The notes: generated by a model not told the origin, from the letters alone. Positions 1 through 9,372 are shown, counted from the stretch's first letter. The stretch is DNA of 32,000 nt from an uncultured Planctomycetales bacterium (GCA_963695565.1 CAVOGW010000001.1:883823-915822); one strand, 5' to 3'. Program-made: numbers and translations.

Positions 1-1
1 A

Positions 2-721
2 GAAGTCATGCTCTCCATCGTGCAGCGTGATCCAATCCATCTGGCGACGCTCATCAAACGTATTGGCCATACGCCTACGGACCTGGATGACACGGCTTTT
101 CGTACGGACCTGGCGGACTACGTCGCTCAATATGCCCACCAGCAACTGGGACAATTCGACCTGGGTGCAGCGCTGTCCGAAATGATGGAAATGATCCATC
201 GCTACCGGATCATGATGCCACCTCAGGTCAGCCTGTTGATCAAGACCCTGGTGACCCTGGAGGGGACGGCCAAGATGCTGAGTCCCAGCTTCAGCATTAT
301 GGAGGTCATGCGGCCTTTCCAACGTCGCGCTCTGCTGCGTCGTATGTCTCCAGCGCGACGGCTTAAGAAGATGCGGCGCGTGTACCTGGAACTTGAACAT
401 CTGGCCGGAACGCTGCCGCGGCGCGTGTTGGACATCATCAATCAGGTTCAGGCGGGCGAGTTCGACGTACACCTGGAACATCGCGGGCTCAGCCCTTCCA
501 TCAACCGACTCGTGCTGGGCATGATGGCCAGCGCCCTGTTTCTGGGTTCGTCGCTGATGCTCAGTCAGCGAGTGCCGCCGCTGTTATTCCCCGCGCCGGG
601 CTTCATGGGCGTGCACGATATCTCATTGCTGGGACTAGCCGGCTGCGTTGTCAGCCTGATGGTGGGCGTGCGTTTGATCATGGCCATCGGCAAGTCGGGC
701 CACTTGGACCAGGACAAGTGA
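2..721 (+). CDS. ABC1/UbiB (AarF) atypical kinase family protein, C-terminal fragment; 5' end lies beyond the left edge
   Basis: The frame is open to position 2. The translated region (LIKTLVTLEGTAKMLSPSF, RRVLDIINQVQAGEFDV) is the conserved segment after the kinase core of ABC1/UbiB proteins. It ends in two hydrophobic helices typical of the family. Stop codon at 719-721. Confidence 0.8.
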   Translation, partial: EVMLSIVQRDPIHLATLIKRIGHTPTDLDDTAFRTDLADYVAQYAHQQLGQFDLGAALSEMMEMIHRYRIMMPPQVSLLIKTLVTLEGTAKMLSPSFSIMEVMRPFQRRALLRRMSPARRLKKMRRVYLELEHLAGTLPRRVLDIINQVQAGEFDVHLEHRGLSPSINRLVLGMMASALFLGSSLMLSQRVPPLLFPAPGFMGVHDISLLGLAGCVVSLMVGVRLIMAIGKSGHLDQDK

Positions 722-855
722 ACTTACCGCAGTTGTTTTCTTCGGCCCCATGCAAAACGTCATCCTGATGGGGCAACGCGACTAAAGGTTCTGCGTGACA
801 CCTTAGTTCGAGTCTTGCACTTTCTTCCGCGAGCAGGTGTGGTTTTCGCCGGAAC

Positions 856-930
856 GTAGAACCACTGTCCTCAATGGTTCATTCTCCACGTTTGCAATGG
901 CCCGGAAACCATTGGGGACAATCGTTCTAC
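856..930 (-). repeat. Degenerate partial copy of repeat family A (hairpin-2 module 859-880, hairpin-1-like module 904-928)
   Basis: GTAGAACCACTGTCCTCAATGGTTC and GGAAACCATTGGGGACAATCGTTCT match the reverse complement of the two hairpin modules of the 191-bp unit at 5533-5722, with a few mismatches. Confidence 0.6.
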
Positions 931-975
931 ATGCGGCGACCGGACGAGCCCAGCCCACATGCGATTCGCCTTCGG

Positions 976-1284
976 TCAGTCCTCGTCACGCAGGTCGGTC
1001 CAGTTCTTGATGACCTCTTCGATCCGCTGATTAAGGGCATCCAATTCGCGTATGACGTCGTTTTGACGCTGATCCAACTCGGCTACCAGGGAAGTCGATT
1101 CGCTCAATCCATTGACCTTTCGAGCTGCCGAATACGCCCGGATCTGCCCGCATCCGCCATGGCGTGCCAATTTCACCTTCCATCGACAGCATCCAGCCGC
1201 CTGAATCAGCGCGCGGCACGTTTTAACGAAACTGCCGATCGGTTGGATTGCCATAGACGCCGGTGCGAGATTCGTCGAGGCCAT
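976..1284 (-). CDS. Hypothetical small protein (102 aa) with a C-terminal amphipathic/coiled-coil segment
   Basis: ATG-initiated ORF with coding-like third-position GC. The C-terminal segment ELDQRQNDVIRELDALNQRIEEVIKNW looks protein-like. The antisense ORF 874..1353 begins inside a repeat and looks spurious. No family recognised. Confidence 0.4.
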   Translation of the reverse strand: MASTNLAPASMAIQPIGSFVKTCRALIQAAGCCRWKVKLARHGGCGQIRAYSAARKVNGLSESTSLVAELDQRQNDVIRELDALNQRIEEVIKNWTDLRDED

Positions 1285-1705
1285 CCCTGCCTTGAGGTTC
1301 AGGCGATCGCCATCGAGCCAGCACGCTCAATCCGCAGCATTCAGGTAGGTTAGTGGAACTGGCTCGTAAAGAGACAAGGTGAAAAATACGCGGTATTGGA
1401 GGTTTGTGCGTGCGGTTGACCCACCCACGGGCCATAGATTCACAAGGTCGATGAGGCTAGGATCATGCCACCGAACGGCGGAAATGGCGTGTCTACGCTA
1501 GACAAAAAGGCAATATTTCTATTAAAATGCAAGGCTTCCAGTCGATCGTCAATGACGGGCTGGATCTACGTGTTGGGGGGAGTGGGCAGAGCCTCGTGGC
1601 AGTGCGTTTCCAGGCAGAGCCTGGGAACGAGCAAACGATTGCCAGTCGAGCTGCGTCAAATGTAATCGTCCGTCGAATATTTCACAGTCTTGCTGAGGAG
1701 GAAAT

Positions 1706-1900
1706 GTGGTCAAGCTTGTCGTCCGGGACCGAGAAAACATTCAGGAGGCAGTTCGGAGGTTTCGCAAACTTGTCGAACGTAGCGGTATCAAGAAAGAAAT
1801 GCGTCGCCGTGAGTACTACGAGAAGCCGAGCGAGATCAAGCGACGATCGCGGCTGCGTGCCGAACGTCGAGCGCGTCGCCAGCGATTATTTGGCATCTAG
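1706..1900 (+). CDS. rpsU: 30S ribosomal protein S21
   Basis: The 64-aa product ([46 protein letters not shown]) aligns along its length with bacterial S21. GTG start preceded by GAGGAGG at 1695-1701. Confidence 0.95.
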   Translation: MVKLVVRDRENIQEAVRRFRKLVERSGIKKEMRRREYYEKPSEIKRRSRLRAERRARRQRLFGI

Positions 1901-2071
1901 CCAAATTACGGGGCCATTCTTGGTAATCTAACCGGGCCCCCACTCGCACACTTTCCTCTGATGCAGATGCCGCGTGCGACGTCTTGCCATGGGCGTGTGG
2001 CTCGACGTGGCGGAGCTGTGAACTTGCGCACTTGTTCGCAGCGAACCAGCTCAGATCCATCATCTTCAGAT

Positions 2072-3127
2072 TCAGATGCGTTCTGCCGCCTGCTGAATCC
2101 AACTTTCAATCTGAGCATCCAGCCAATATTCGAATGGCGCCCGCCGACCATTTCCGGCGACGAAACCCAGGTGCCCGCCTCCCGCGACCATGAACGGTTG
2201 CGTGAAGCTGGACCATTTGGCCACATCGTAAATCTCTGGTCGCACGATCGGGTCGTCGTCCGCCGCGACGACAATCGTGGGGACTCTAATCTCGGGTAAC
2301 ACGTCCTGGGCACTGGCTGTTGTATAGTATTCCGATGCGTTGGAAAATCCGGCCAAGGGAGCCGTGATCTGTTCATCAAACTTCAGTAAGGTTCCAGGGT
2401 TTCGTTCGGCGCGGACACGATCGGCATATCGAAGCCTGGTCCGACGCTGGCAAAAATCACGCCAGAGTTGCCGGGTGAAGTAGAGATCATAAATCCAGCC
2501 CCACCCGTCATGCAGCCGGCGGCAACAATGGGACAGGTCAATGGGCGGTTGTACGGCGATGGCGCTGTCGACGCGGGCCGGTGTCTCCCTGGCAAATTTG
2601 CCCAGCATCTTCAGGATCAAGTTGGCCCCCAACGAAAAGCCACACAACGTCATCGGCGCCCGGGGAAACCGCTCGGCAAGTGCCTGGCAGACAACCAATA
2701 AATCGGACGCTCGATCGGCGTGAAAGACGCCTGTCGCCAAATGTGCGCCGGCCCCACAGCCACGCATATCCATCCGCATGGAACGAATGCCCTGGCGAAT
2801 CAGTCGGTCGGTGACGCGTACCAAATAGGGGCTGGCGTGGCAACCGGCGAGCCCGTGCACCAGGATGACAATCCTGCCGTCCTCTGGCCAGCTTGCCGGG
2901 CAATCGTCATGCAGCACAATCCGATCACCGTCGGGTAATTCAATATGGTGAATTCGCGCCCGATATGGAATTTGAGGTGCCACAAAAAACGAAAACACCG
3001 TCTGGCGATGTGGACCCCGTAAAAGTGCGTGCGGCTGAAAATTCTCTGGAGCGGAAAATATCATCCCCCGGCGATGCCCTCGGATTATGGTCACCCAGCG
3101 TACCAGAGCTGGTTGCACCGACCACAT
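2072..3127 (-). CDS. Alpha/beta-fold hydrolase, YheT/ABHD1-3-like (COG0429 type)
   Basis: N-terminal FQPHALLRGPHRQTVF motif, HGLAGCHASPY oxyanion region, and nucleophile elbow GFSLGAN. Length of 351 aa is typical for the YheT family. Confidence 0.85.
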   Translation of the reverse strand: MWSVQPALVRWVTIIRGHRRGMIFSAPENFQPHALLRGPHRQTVFSFFVAPQIPYRARIHHIELPDGDRIVLHDDCPASWPEDGRIVILVHGLAGCHASPYLVRVTDRLIRQGIRSMRMDMRGCGAGAHLATGVFHADRASDLLVVCQALAERFPRAPMTLCGFSLGANLILKMLGKFARETPARVDSAIAVQPPIDLSHCCRRLHDGWGWIYDLYFTRQLWRDFCQRRTRLRYADRVRAERNPGTLLKFDEQITAPLAGFSNASEYYTTASAQDVLPEIRVPTIVVAADDDPIVRPEIYDVAKWSSFTQPFMVAGGGHLGFVAGNGRRAPFEYWLDAQIESWIQQAAERI

Positions 3128-3173
3128 GATAGCGGTCGAGCTTTAGCTTTCGAAGCGCGCCGTGCGCCAAATC

Positions 3174-3447
3174 GTAGGGGAAACAGTTGGGGACAACTGT
3201 TCCACAATGCCCAAACCGAGCGCCATTGAACGTAGGGTGCCGGGTAGGCAGCACTCTCCCGGCAGCAACGACCCCTTCTCTCCCGGCGCACCGGCTCCGT
3301 AACGTCAATGGCACTTAGTTTGTAGAACCATTGTCCTCAATGGTTCCGCGAATCGCGAAGATGTCGGGGGAAACAGTTGGGGACAACTGTTCCACAATGC
3401 CCAATCCGAGTGCTATTGACTGTAAAGTGCCGGGTGGGCAGCAGTAC
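3174..3447 (-). repeat. Repeat family A, about 1.4 units in inverted orientation relative to the 5342-5752 array
   Basis: 3174-3301 and 3302-3447 are the reverse complement of the 191-bp unit. Only a handful of substitutions are visible by eye over about 190 bp (for example GAGCGCC vs GAGTGCC, CCTTCTC vs CCATCTC, CACTTAG vs CACTGAG). Confidence 0.9.
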
Positions 3448-5145
3448 ACGTGTGGTTATTCCGGCGGCATCCTGAGGCTTACAGCCGTGCCCGGCTGCGG
3501 AGGAATTTGGCTTGTTCCAGATAATGGTGGCGCGCGCTGTTTCCCCCATTTTCTTAAGCACCTCCCCGTAGACTTGATTGGTCATGGGGTTGTTGCGGTT
3601 CAGGGCCAGCGATTGCTGGGCCGCGGCCCGCGCCTGGATGTACATCCCACGATGCAAGTACACCTCCGCCAGCATGCGAAACAAAATCGCCGAGTCCGGG
3701 TGCCGCGCTACGGCTTCCTGGAGCAACTCCGTCGTTGTTTCCAGGTCTCCCTGCGCAATTAACGACTTGGCTTTATTGCCGATGGAAATTTCGTACGGCT
3801 GCGAGCTGGTCGCCGGGACGCTTTCCGTCTCGGTGTTGTCCTCGAGGGCAATCGGTGCAAGTTCGGTTGCCGGCTGCACAGGAGGAAGTCGCTCGGCCGA
3901 CTCAGCGAACTCTTCCATCGCCTCACGGCGGACCTGAACCGTTTCTGTCACTTGCGCCTCCTCCCAGCTGTGAAGGTCCTGTAGGCGACGTGCTTCATAC
4001 CGCAAGGCCTCCGGCGTGCCAATCACGCTGCAACCGTCCAGGTTGACGATTGCGTAGCCAAACGGTCCCACGAGTCTCTCCAAAGCGCGCGTTAACGAGG
4101 TGTCCGTAACGCGAGCCGAAATCGTTCCCGACAAACTCTCATGGCAGCGTATCGGTCGTCCCAGGCGTACCGTTAAATCTGCCGCCAACTGTTGGATTTC
4201 GATCGTTTGCGCATCGATAGTAAGGTGACCTGTCGTGGGATCCTCGAATACGTCGACGTGCGGTGAAACGGGTTTGCCTCGCTGCGGAGATGTTGCGTTT
4301 TCGAGCGGCTGGGATCGATCCCGCGTCGCGGCAATCGCCGCGCGCTCCTCGGGCTGCAAGAAGTCGCGTGTTACGGCTGACGAGATCCTTAGCGTGGCCA
4401 GTGTCCGATTCGACTTGTCGCGCATCGTGACGGTACTCGACGCAAATCGGGCATCTTCTTCAGGAATCTGCGGTACAGCTGTGGATTGCGTGTCGGAGCT
4501 CCGGTCGCCCGTACATCCTGCGATCTCACCAGAGCGGCGGTCGACTGCGGCCTGCCCGTCAGCTTGGGACATGGTCCCGTGCGGGGAGTGAGCAGGGCCT
4601 GCACCGTTTTGAAAAGACGCGGCGGGAGCCGTGCCACACGCACGACGACTGTCCATCGCAGGAACAAAATCCTCGGATTTGCCACAGTTGGCCGAGAGCG
4701 GGCTGGCGTCATTTGCATGCTGGTTAGGCTCATCGATACTGTCATTACCCATTCGATCGCACTGCTGGCCGCAGGCCGGCAGCGAGCATTGGGGCGCGGA
4801 CGACGTCATGCTGGGGAGTGCTACGAAGGGAGCGGCGCACGCAACCGGGGCAGCTAAGGCAACTGGTGCGATGGGAGTATACTCATCGACATTGACTTGG
4901 CAGGTAGCGACACATTGCGCACAGTCCGGCTTGGCGTCGCAGGTGCCGCCGGAGATAGGATGCGGCGGATCCGTCGCGTCGCAAGGGCGCAAGGCAGGCA
5001 TGCTGTCCGCCGCCAAGGGCATTAACTGGGATGCCTGTAGATTCGATCGCGGTGATCGATCGACCATCAACAAAGTTGCCAGGCAGGCGCAAAGCACTGC
5101 TGCCCATGCTAGTATTTTCAGACCATTAGCTAACTTCGATGACAT
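3337..5145 (-). CDS. Secreted or membrane-anchored protein: N-terminal signal/TM helix, Cys-rich region, STN-like (secretin/TonB N-terminal-like) segment, C-terminal TPR repeats
   Basis: N-terminal hydrophobic helix LKILAWAAVLCACLATLLMV. Cys cluster GGTCDAKPDCAQCVATC. The segment IDAQTIEIQQLAADLTVRLGRPIRCHESLSGTISARVTDTSLTRALERLVGPFGYAIVNLDGCSVIG resembles STN domains. TPR-like AILFRMLAEVYLHRGMYIQARAAAQQSLALNRNNPMT. The last 37 or so codons are encoded by repeat family A. Confidence 0.75.
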   Translation of the reverse strand: MSSKLANGLKILAWAAVLCACLATLLMVDRSPRSNLQASQLMPLAADSMPALRPCDATDPPHPISGGTCDAKPDCAQCVATCQVNVDEYTPIAPVALAAPVACAAPFVALPSMTSSAPQCSLPACGQQCDRMGNDSIDEPNQHANDASPLSANCGKSEDFVPAMDSRRACGTAPAASFQNGAGPAHSPHGTMSQADGQAAVDRRSGEIAGCTGDRSSDTQSTAVPQIPEEDARFASSTVTMRDKSNRTLATLRISSAVTRDFLQPEERAAIAATRDRSQPLENATSPQRGKPVSPHVDVFEDPTTGHLTIDAQTIEIQQLAADLTVRLGRPIRCHESLSGTISARVTDTSLTRALERLVGPFGYAIVNLDGCSVIGTPEALRYEARRLQDLHSWEEAQVTETVQVRREAMEEFAESAERLPPVQPATELAPIALEDNTETESVPATSSQPYEISIGNKAKSLIAQGDLETTTELLQEAVARHPDSAILFRMLAEVYLHRGMYIQARAAAQQSLALNRNNPMTNQVYGEVLKKMGETARATIIWNKPNSSAAGHGCKPQDAAGITTRVLLPTRHFTVNSTRIGHCGTVVPNCFPRHLRDSRNH

Positions 5146-5341
5146 GCTTCCCCCCCGGAAGTCGCTGCTTGCAGCCGTTGAGCTGCAAGTCTAAGCAAGC
5201 GTCACTCAGCCGCCTGAGCGAGTTTGAATCGCAAAACTCAGTTGCAAAGGTGGCGTTTGAAGTTCTTATCGTCAAACCGCAGATTTGACGTGATCGAAAA
5301 AATCGGATTAACCGCCAAAGTTCGCCAAACCACCCGGCATC

Positions 5342-5752
5342 TTACGGAGCCGGTGCGCCGGAAGAGATGGGGTCGTTGCTGCCGGGAGAGTGCTGCCTAC
5401 CCGGCACCCTACGTTCAATGGCACTCGGTTTGGGCATTGTGGAACAGTTGTCCCCAACTGTTTCCCCCTACCATCTTCGCGATTCGCGGAACCATTGAGG
5501 ACAATGGTTCTACAAACTCAGTGCCATTGACGTTACGGAGCCGGTGCGCCGGGAGAGATGGGGTCGTTGCTGCCGGGAGAGTGCTGCCTACCCGGCACCC
5601 TACGTTCAATGGCACTCGGTTTGGGCATTGTGGAACAGTTGTCCCCAACTGTTTCCCCCTACCATTTCGCGATTCGCAGAACCATTGAGGACAATGGTTC
5701 TACAAACTCAGTGCCATTGACGTTACGGGGCCGGTGCGCCGAGGAGCCGGAA
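5342..5752 (+). repeat. Repeat family A: tandem array, 2.15 copies of a 190/191-bp unit (units start at 5342, 5533, 5723)
   Basis: Direct comparison of units 1 and 2 shows 2 substitutions and 1 single-base indel. Each unit contains several perfect or near-perfect hairpins. ORF-track ORFs over this region are open in several frames and are repeat artefacts. Confidence 0.95.
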
Positions 5753-5755
5753 TAG

Positions 5756-6694
5756 TCACGGGTACCGCACCGCGTTCTGTTGCCAATCCAGCCCCACATC
5801 CAGCTGTACGGCCGAGTGCGTGATGGCCCCCACGCTAATCCGGTCCACACCCGTTAGGGCGATCGCTCGAACGGTATCCAACGTGATTCCTCCCGAGGCT
5901 TCCAGCAGGACCGCGGGATTTCGTTGATCGCGCAGGGCCACGGCCGACTTCAGCTGTTCGAGCGGCATGTTGTCCAGCAGAACGATGTCCGGCGCGGCAG
6001 GCAAAACCATTTCCAGCTGATCCAGGGTGTCCACTTCGATTTGCACGATCGGTGGTTCAACGTTGGCGGCGTACAAGGTTCTGGTTCGCGCGACTGCCGC
6101 AGCCACATCAAACCGGTCGTGGGCACACCCCTGCCCCAAGGCCAGATGATTGTCTTTGATCAGAATGGCGTCGAACAGGCCGACTCGATGATTCGTGCCA
6201 CCCCCGCAACGCACGGCATATTTTTCCATGCGTCGCCACCCGGGAATGGTTTTTCGCGTATCGCAGATGACGGCGCGTGTCTCCGCGACCTGTGCGACGT
6301 ATTGTTGGGTCAGCGACGCAATGCCTGATAAATGGCCGATGGCATTCAGCAGGATGCGTTCCATCGCCAAGATATCCCGGGCACTACCGGACAAGACTCC
6401 CAGGAATGTGCCGGGCGCGAGGGCTTGTCCGTCCTCAAGGCAGGGCTGCCAGTCCACGGAAGCGGCCATTTCGTCGATCAGCAGGTTGGCGACTCGCAAT
6501 CCAGCCGCAATTCCAGCTGCGCGTGAAACCATTGCAGCGCGGCCCGTTGATTCACGCGGGACCAGAGCCAAGGTCGTCACATCGTAGGACCGGTCCAAGT
6601 CTTCGCGGATGGCTAAACGCAAAATCGAGCGCAGGTCGTGTTCCAGTTCTGCGTCCCATTCGACTTGTCGATGGCTTGGACCACTTGCGTTCAT
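5756..6694 (-). CDS. nadC: Nicotinate-nucleotide pyrophosphorylase (quinolinate phosphoribosyltransferase)
   Basis: LLNAIGHLSGIASLT, DTRKTIPGWRRMEKYAVRCGGGTNHRVGLFDAILIKDNH and LLEASGGITLDTV are hallmark NadC segments. The ORF is open to 6778, but ATG 6694 (MNASGPSH) gives a NadC-like length of 312 aa. Confidence 0.9.
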   Translation of the reverse strand: MNASGPSHRQVEWDAELEHDLRSILRLAIREDLDRSYDVTTLALVPRESTGRAAMVSRAAGIAAGLRVANLLIDEMAASVDWQPCLEDGQALAPGTFLGVLSGSARDILAMERILLNAIGHLSGIASLTQQYVAQVAETRAVICDTRKTIPGWRRMEKYAVRCGGGTNHRVGLFDAILIKDNHLALGQGCAHDRFDVAAAVARTRTLYAANVEPPIVQIEVDTLDQLEMVLPAAPDIVLLDNMPLEQLKSAVALRDQRNPAVLLEASGGITLDTVRAIALTGVDRISVGAITHSAVQLDVGLDWQQNAVRYP

Positions 6695-6793
6695 AATGTT
6701 CTTGACAAGAATCTCCTTATGGGGCCCTGTGACATAATAGAGCAGGACGGCGCGGCGTCGTCCACCTCGGCGGCCCATTCAGTGGTAACCCGC

Positions 6794-7255
6794 ATGTCGA
6801 AAACCAAGGAGCAGACGACATCGATTCCGAACATCGGGGCGGACGGGATCCCGATTCTGCCAGGAGCGCGGTCTGAGGACACGCATGCCACGGAGCGGCT
6901 TCTGGCATTGCTGGTTTTGAGCGGTCTGATAGCGATCCTCAGCTGGTATGGTTGTCGTGGCCAGGGCCATCAGGTGGTGGATGTTGATGACGTCTCGTCG
7001 CACGTTGTTCCCTATCGCGTACAATTCAGCACAGCAACATGGCAGGACCTGGCACAGATCCCCGGGATCGGCGAGGTTCTGGCCAGGCGTATCGTGGATG
7101 CCCGCAACCGCGGCTGCCAGCTGGAGACTCTGGATGACCTGCGGGCCGTGCACGGCATCGGTCCCCAAAAACTGATCGAGTTAGGCAACTACATCGAGTT
7201 TTCACCAACAAGTCGTGCGGCGTCTGATCGGCAACACAGCGAAAGTAGCGAATGA
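6794..7255 (+). CDS. comEA: ComEA-like helix-hairpin-helix DNA-binding protein with an N-terminal membrane anchor
   Basis: TM helix [17 protein letters not shown] followed by tandem HhH motifs ([31 protein letters not shown]). The ORF is open from 6638, but that part is antisense to the nadC 5' region, so ATG 6794 is preferred. The stop overlaps the uvrB start (ATGA at 7252-7255). Confidence 0.75.
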   Translation: MSKTKEQTTSIPNIGADGIPILPGARSEDTHATERLLALLVLSGLIAILSWYGCRGQGHQVVDVDDVSSHVVPYRVQFSTATWQDLAQIPGIGEVLARRIVDARNRGCQLETLDDLRAVHGIGPQKLIELGNYIEFSPTSRAASDRQHSESSE

Positions 7256-9291
7256 AGTTCCAACTCGAAAGCCCGTTTGCCCCAGCGGGGGACCAGCCGC
7301 AGGCGATCGATGCACTAGTACAGGGACTGCGCGAGCAACGCCGGCACCAGGTGCTGCTGGGAGTGACGGGGTCCGGTAAGACGTTCACCATGGCAAACGT
7401 GATCGCCGCGGTGCAAAAGCCCACGCTAATCATTTCGCACAATAAGACGCTGGCGGCTCAGCTTTATTCCGAGTTTCGCCAGTTCTTTCCCCAGAATGCC
7501 GTCCACTACTTTGTCAGCTACTACGATTACTACCAACCGGAAGCCTACATTCCCCAGCGCGACATCTATATCGAAAAGGACGCCTCAATCAACTCGGAGA
7601 TTGACCGCCTACGGTTGGCTTCGACAAGCTCGTTGGTCAGCCGTAGCGATGTGATTATCGTCGCCAGTGTTTCCTGCATTTACGGCCTTGGTTCACCTGA
7701 CGATTATCGCAGCATGATGGTGGCGCTCCACAAGGGACAGACGGTTGATCGAGATAATGTGTTGCGGCGGTTGATTGACATCCAGTACGAGCGTAACGAC
7801 GTGGGGTTCGAGCGCAGCAAATTTCGCGTGCGCGGGGATTGTGTCGAAGTCTGGCCAGCCTACGAAGACTACGCCTACCGTATCGAGCTGTGGGGTGACG
7901 AGATCGAGCAACTGTCGATCATTAATCCTGCTTCGGGAGAGCAGATCAGCACGATGGACCGCATGTTTCTTTATCCGGCAAAGCACTTCGTGATGCCGGA
8001 CGACCGGATTGCGGCCGCCGTGGAGACGATTCGCGAAGAACTGGATGCGCGACTGGAGCAGCTGCGGGAGCAAGGCAAACTGCTGGAAGCGCAACGATTG
8101 TCAGCGCGGACCCGTTACGATCTGGAAATGATGACGGAAGTGGGATATTGCCCCGGCATCGAGAATTACAGTCGACCGTTATCCGGTCGTCCTGCGGGTT
8201 CCACGCCCGAAACTTTGTTCAATTTTTTCCCAAAAGAGTTTTTGCTGTTTGTGGATGAATCACACGTGACCATTCCGCAAATCCGTGCCATGTTCGCGGG
8301 CGATCAAAGCCGCAAGCAGACGTTGGTGGAACATGGATTTCGCCTGCCCAGCGCGCTGGATAACCGGCCGCTGAAATTCGAGGAATGGGAAGAGAAAGTT
8401 CATCGAGTGATTTTTGTCTCCGCGACGCCCAGCGAATATGAGTTGCGGCAATCGGGTGGCGAGGTTGTTGAGCAGGTCATCCGACCGACAGGGCTGCTGG
8501 ATCCCGTCATTGAGGTCTTTCCAGCCAGGCAACAGGTCCCGCACTTGTTGGAGCAGATTCGGGAACGTGCACGGCTGGGAGAACGCGTCCTGGTCACGAC
8601 GCTCACCAAACGCCTGGCGGAAGATCTGTCGGCATATTTGTGTGAGCAGGGCGTGGCCTGCAAGTGGCTGCACAGCGAGCTGGACGCGTTTGAACGAGTC
8701 GACCTACTGAGGGATCTTCGCGCTGGGAAATTCGAGGCGCTGGTGGGCGTCAACTTGTTACGTGAAGGGCTCGATCTGCCGGAGGTTTCCCTGGTGGCGA
8801 TTCTGGATGCGGACAAAGAAGGCTTTTTGCGCAGTGAGACATCGCTGGTCCAGACCATTGGCCGTTCGGCTCGCAACGTGAATGCCAAAGTGATCCTGTA
8901 TGCCGACACGATTACGGATTCGATGCAGCGAGCAATTGACGAGACCCAACGTCGGCGAGCGCTACAAGAAGCGTACAACCAACAGCACGGGATCACGCCG
9001 GAAACGATCAAGAAAGGGATTCAGGCCGGCATCGAATCGGACGTGCAGGCTCATCGTGCTGCTCAGGAGGCAATCGCGGCCAGCGATGCCACACAGATCG
9101 CCACGCACGAATACCTGGCCGAGCTGGAAGCGGAGATGATGAAGGCTGCCGATGAATTGGACTTCGAGCGTGCAGCCATCCTCCGCGATCGCATCCGCGA
9201 ACTCCGGGATGGCCATGGCACCGCGGGAAAACCCAAGCCGGGGCGCGGAAGACGTAAATCCAATCGCAGTGTCCCGCGTCCCAAGAAGTGA
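7252..9291 (+). CDS. uvrB: Excinuclease ABC subunit B
   Basis: Full-length match to UvrB: Walker [22 protein letters not shown] beta-hairpin region, helicase motifs, and C-terminal UVR domain ([18 protein letters not shown]). Confidence 0.98.
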   Translation: MKFQLESPFAPAGDQPQAIDALVQGLREQRRHQVLLGVTGSGKTFTMANVIAAVQKPTLIISHNKTLAAQLYSEFRQFFPQNAVHYFVSYYDYYQPEAYIPQRDIYIEKDASINSEIDRLRLASTSSLVSRSDVIIVASVSCIYGLGSPDDYRSMMVALHKGQTVDRDNVLRRLIDIQYERNDVGFERSKFRVRGDCVEVWPAYEDYAYRIELWGDEIEQLSIINPASGEQISTMDRMFLYPAKHFVMPDDRIAAAVETIREELDARLEQLREQGKLLEAQRLSARTRYDLEMMTEVGYCPGIENYSRPLSGRPAGSTPETLFNFFPKEFLLFVDESHVTIPQIRAMFAGDQSRKQTLVEHGFRLPSALDNRPLKFEEWEEKVHRVIFVSATPSEYELRQSGGEVVEQVIRPTGLLDPVIEVFPARQQVPHLLEQIRERARLGERVLVTTLTKRLAEDLSAYLCEQGVACKWLHSELDAFERVDLLRDLRAGKFEALVGVNLLREGLDLPEVSLVAILDADKEGFLRSETSLVQTIGRSARNVNAKVILYADTITDSMQRAIDETQRRRALQEAYNQQHGITPETIKKGIQAGIESDVQAHRAAQEAIAASDATQIATHEYLAELEAEMMKAADELDFERAAILRDRIRELRDGHGTAGKPKPGRGRRKSNRSVPRPKK

Positions 9292-9372
9292 TGTCAACAC
9301 GACGCGCGAGATGTGACGTTGCGCATTTTGGGGAGCATCAAGCCGAAGCCCTTGATGTCGCCGGTTGGCGGG

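Noticed and set aside
800-820. tRNA-like T-loop string GTTCGAGTC
   Set aside because: The flanking bases cannot form a T-stem or the rest of a cloverleaf. No tRNA was recognised anywhere in the window.
874-1353. 159-aa plus-strand ORF
   Set aside because: It starts inside the degenerate family A copy and is antisense to the more coding-like 976..1284 ORF. Its sequence is low-quality (RRCEIRRGHPCLEV-type).
1499-1528. Sigma-70-like promoter TAGACA-N18-TAAAAT upstream of rpsU
   Set aside because: It is a plausible match in the only AT-rich patch. However, the spacing is long, it lies 178 nt from the start codon, and promoter rules for this lineage are uncertain, so I did not report it as a feature.
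2940-3314. ORFs spanning family A repeats (2940..3314, 3091..3291, 5224..5688, 5415..5648, 5558..5755, 5659..5850)
   Set aside because: They are open in several overlapping frames and on both strands, share repeat-derived peptides (GHCGTVVPNCFP), and have no family resemblance. They are repeat artefacts.
5342-5752. Possible CRISPR array because of regular repeats
   Set aside because: The whole 190/191-bp period is repeated nearly identically. There are no unique spacers, no 25-40 bp repeat units and no cas genes.
8400-9011. 203-aa ORF antisense to uvrB, plus other antisense ORFs inside uvrB, hisS, photolyase and flgE
   Set aside because: They lie entirely within strongly supported genes on the opposite strand, have Ser/Arg-rich composition, and match no family.
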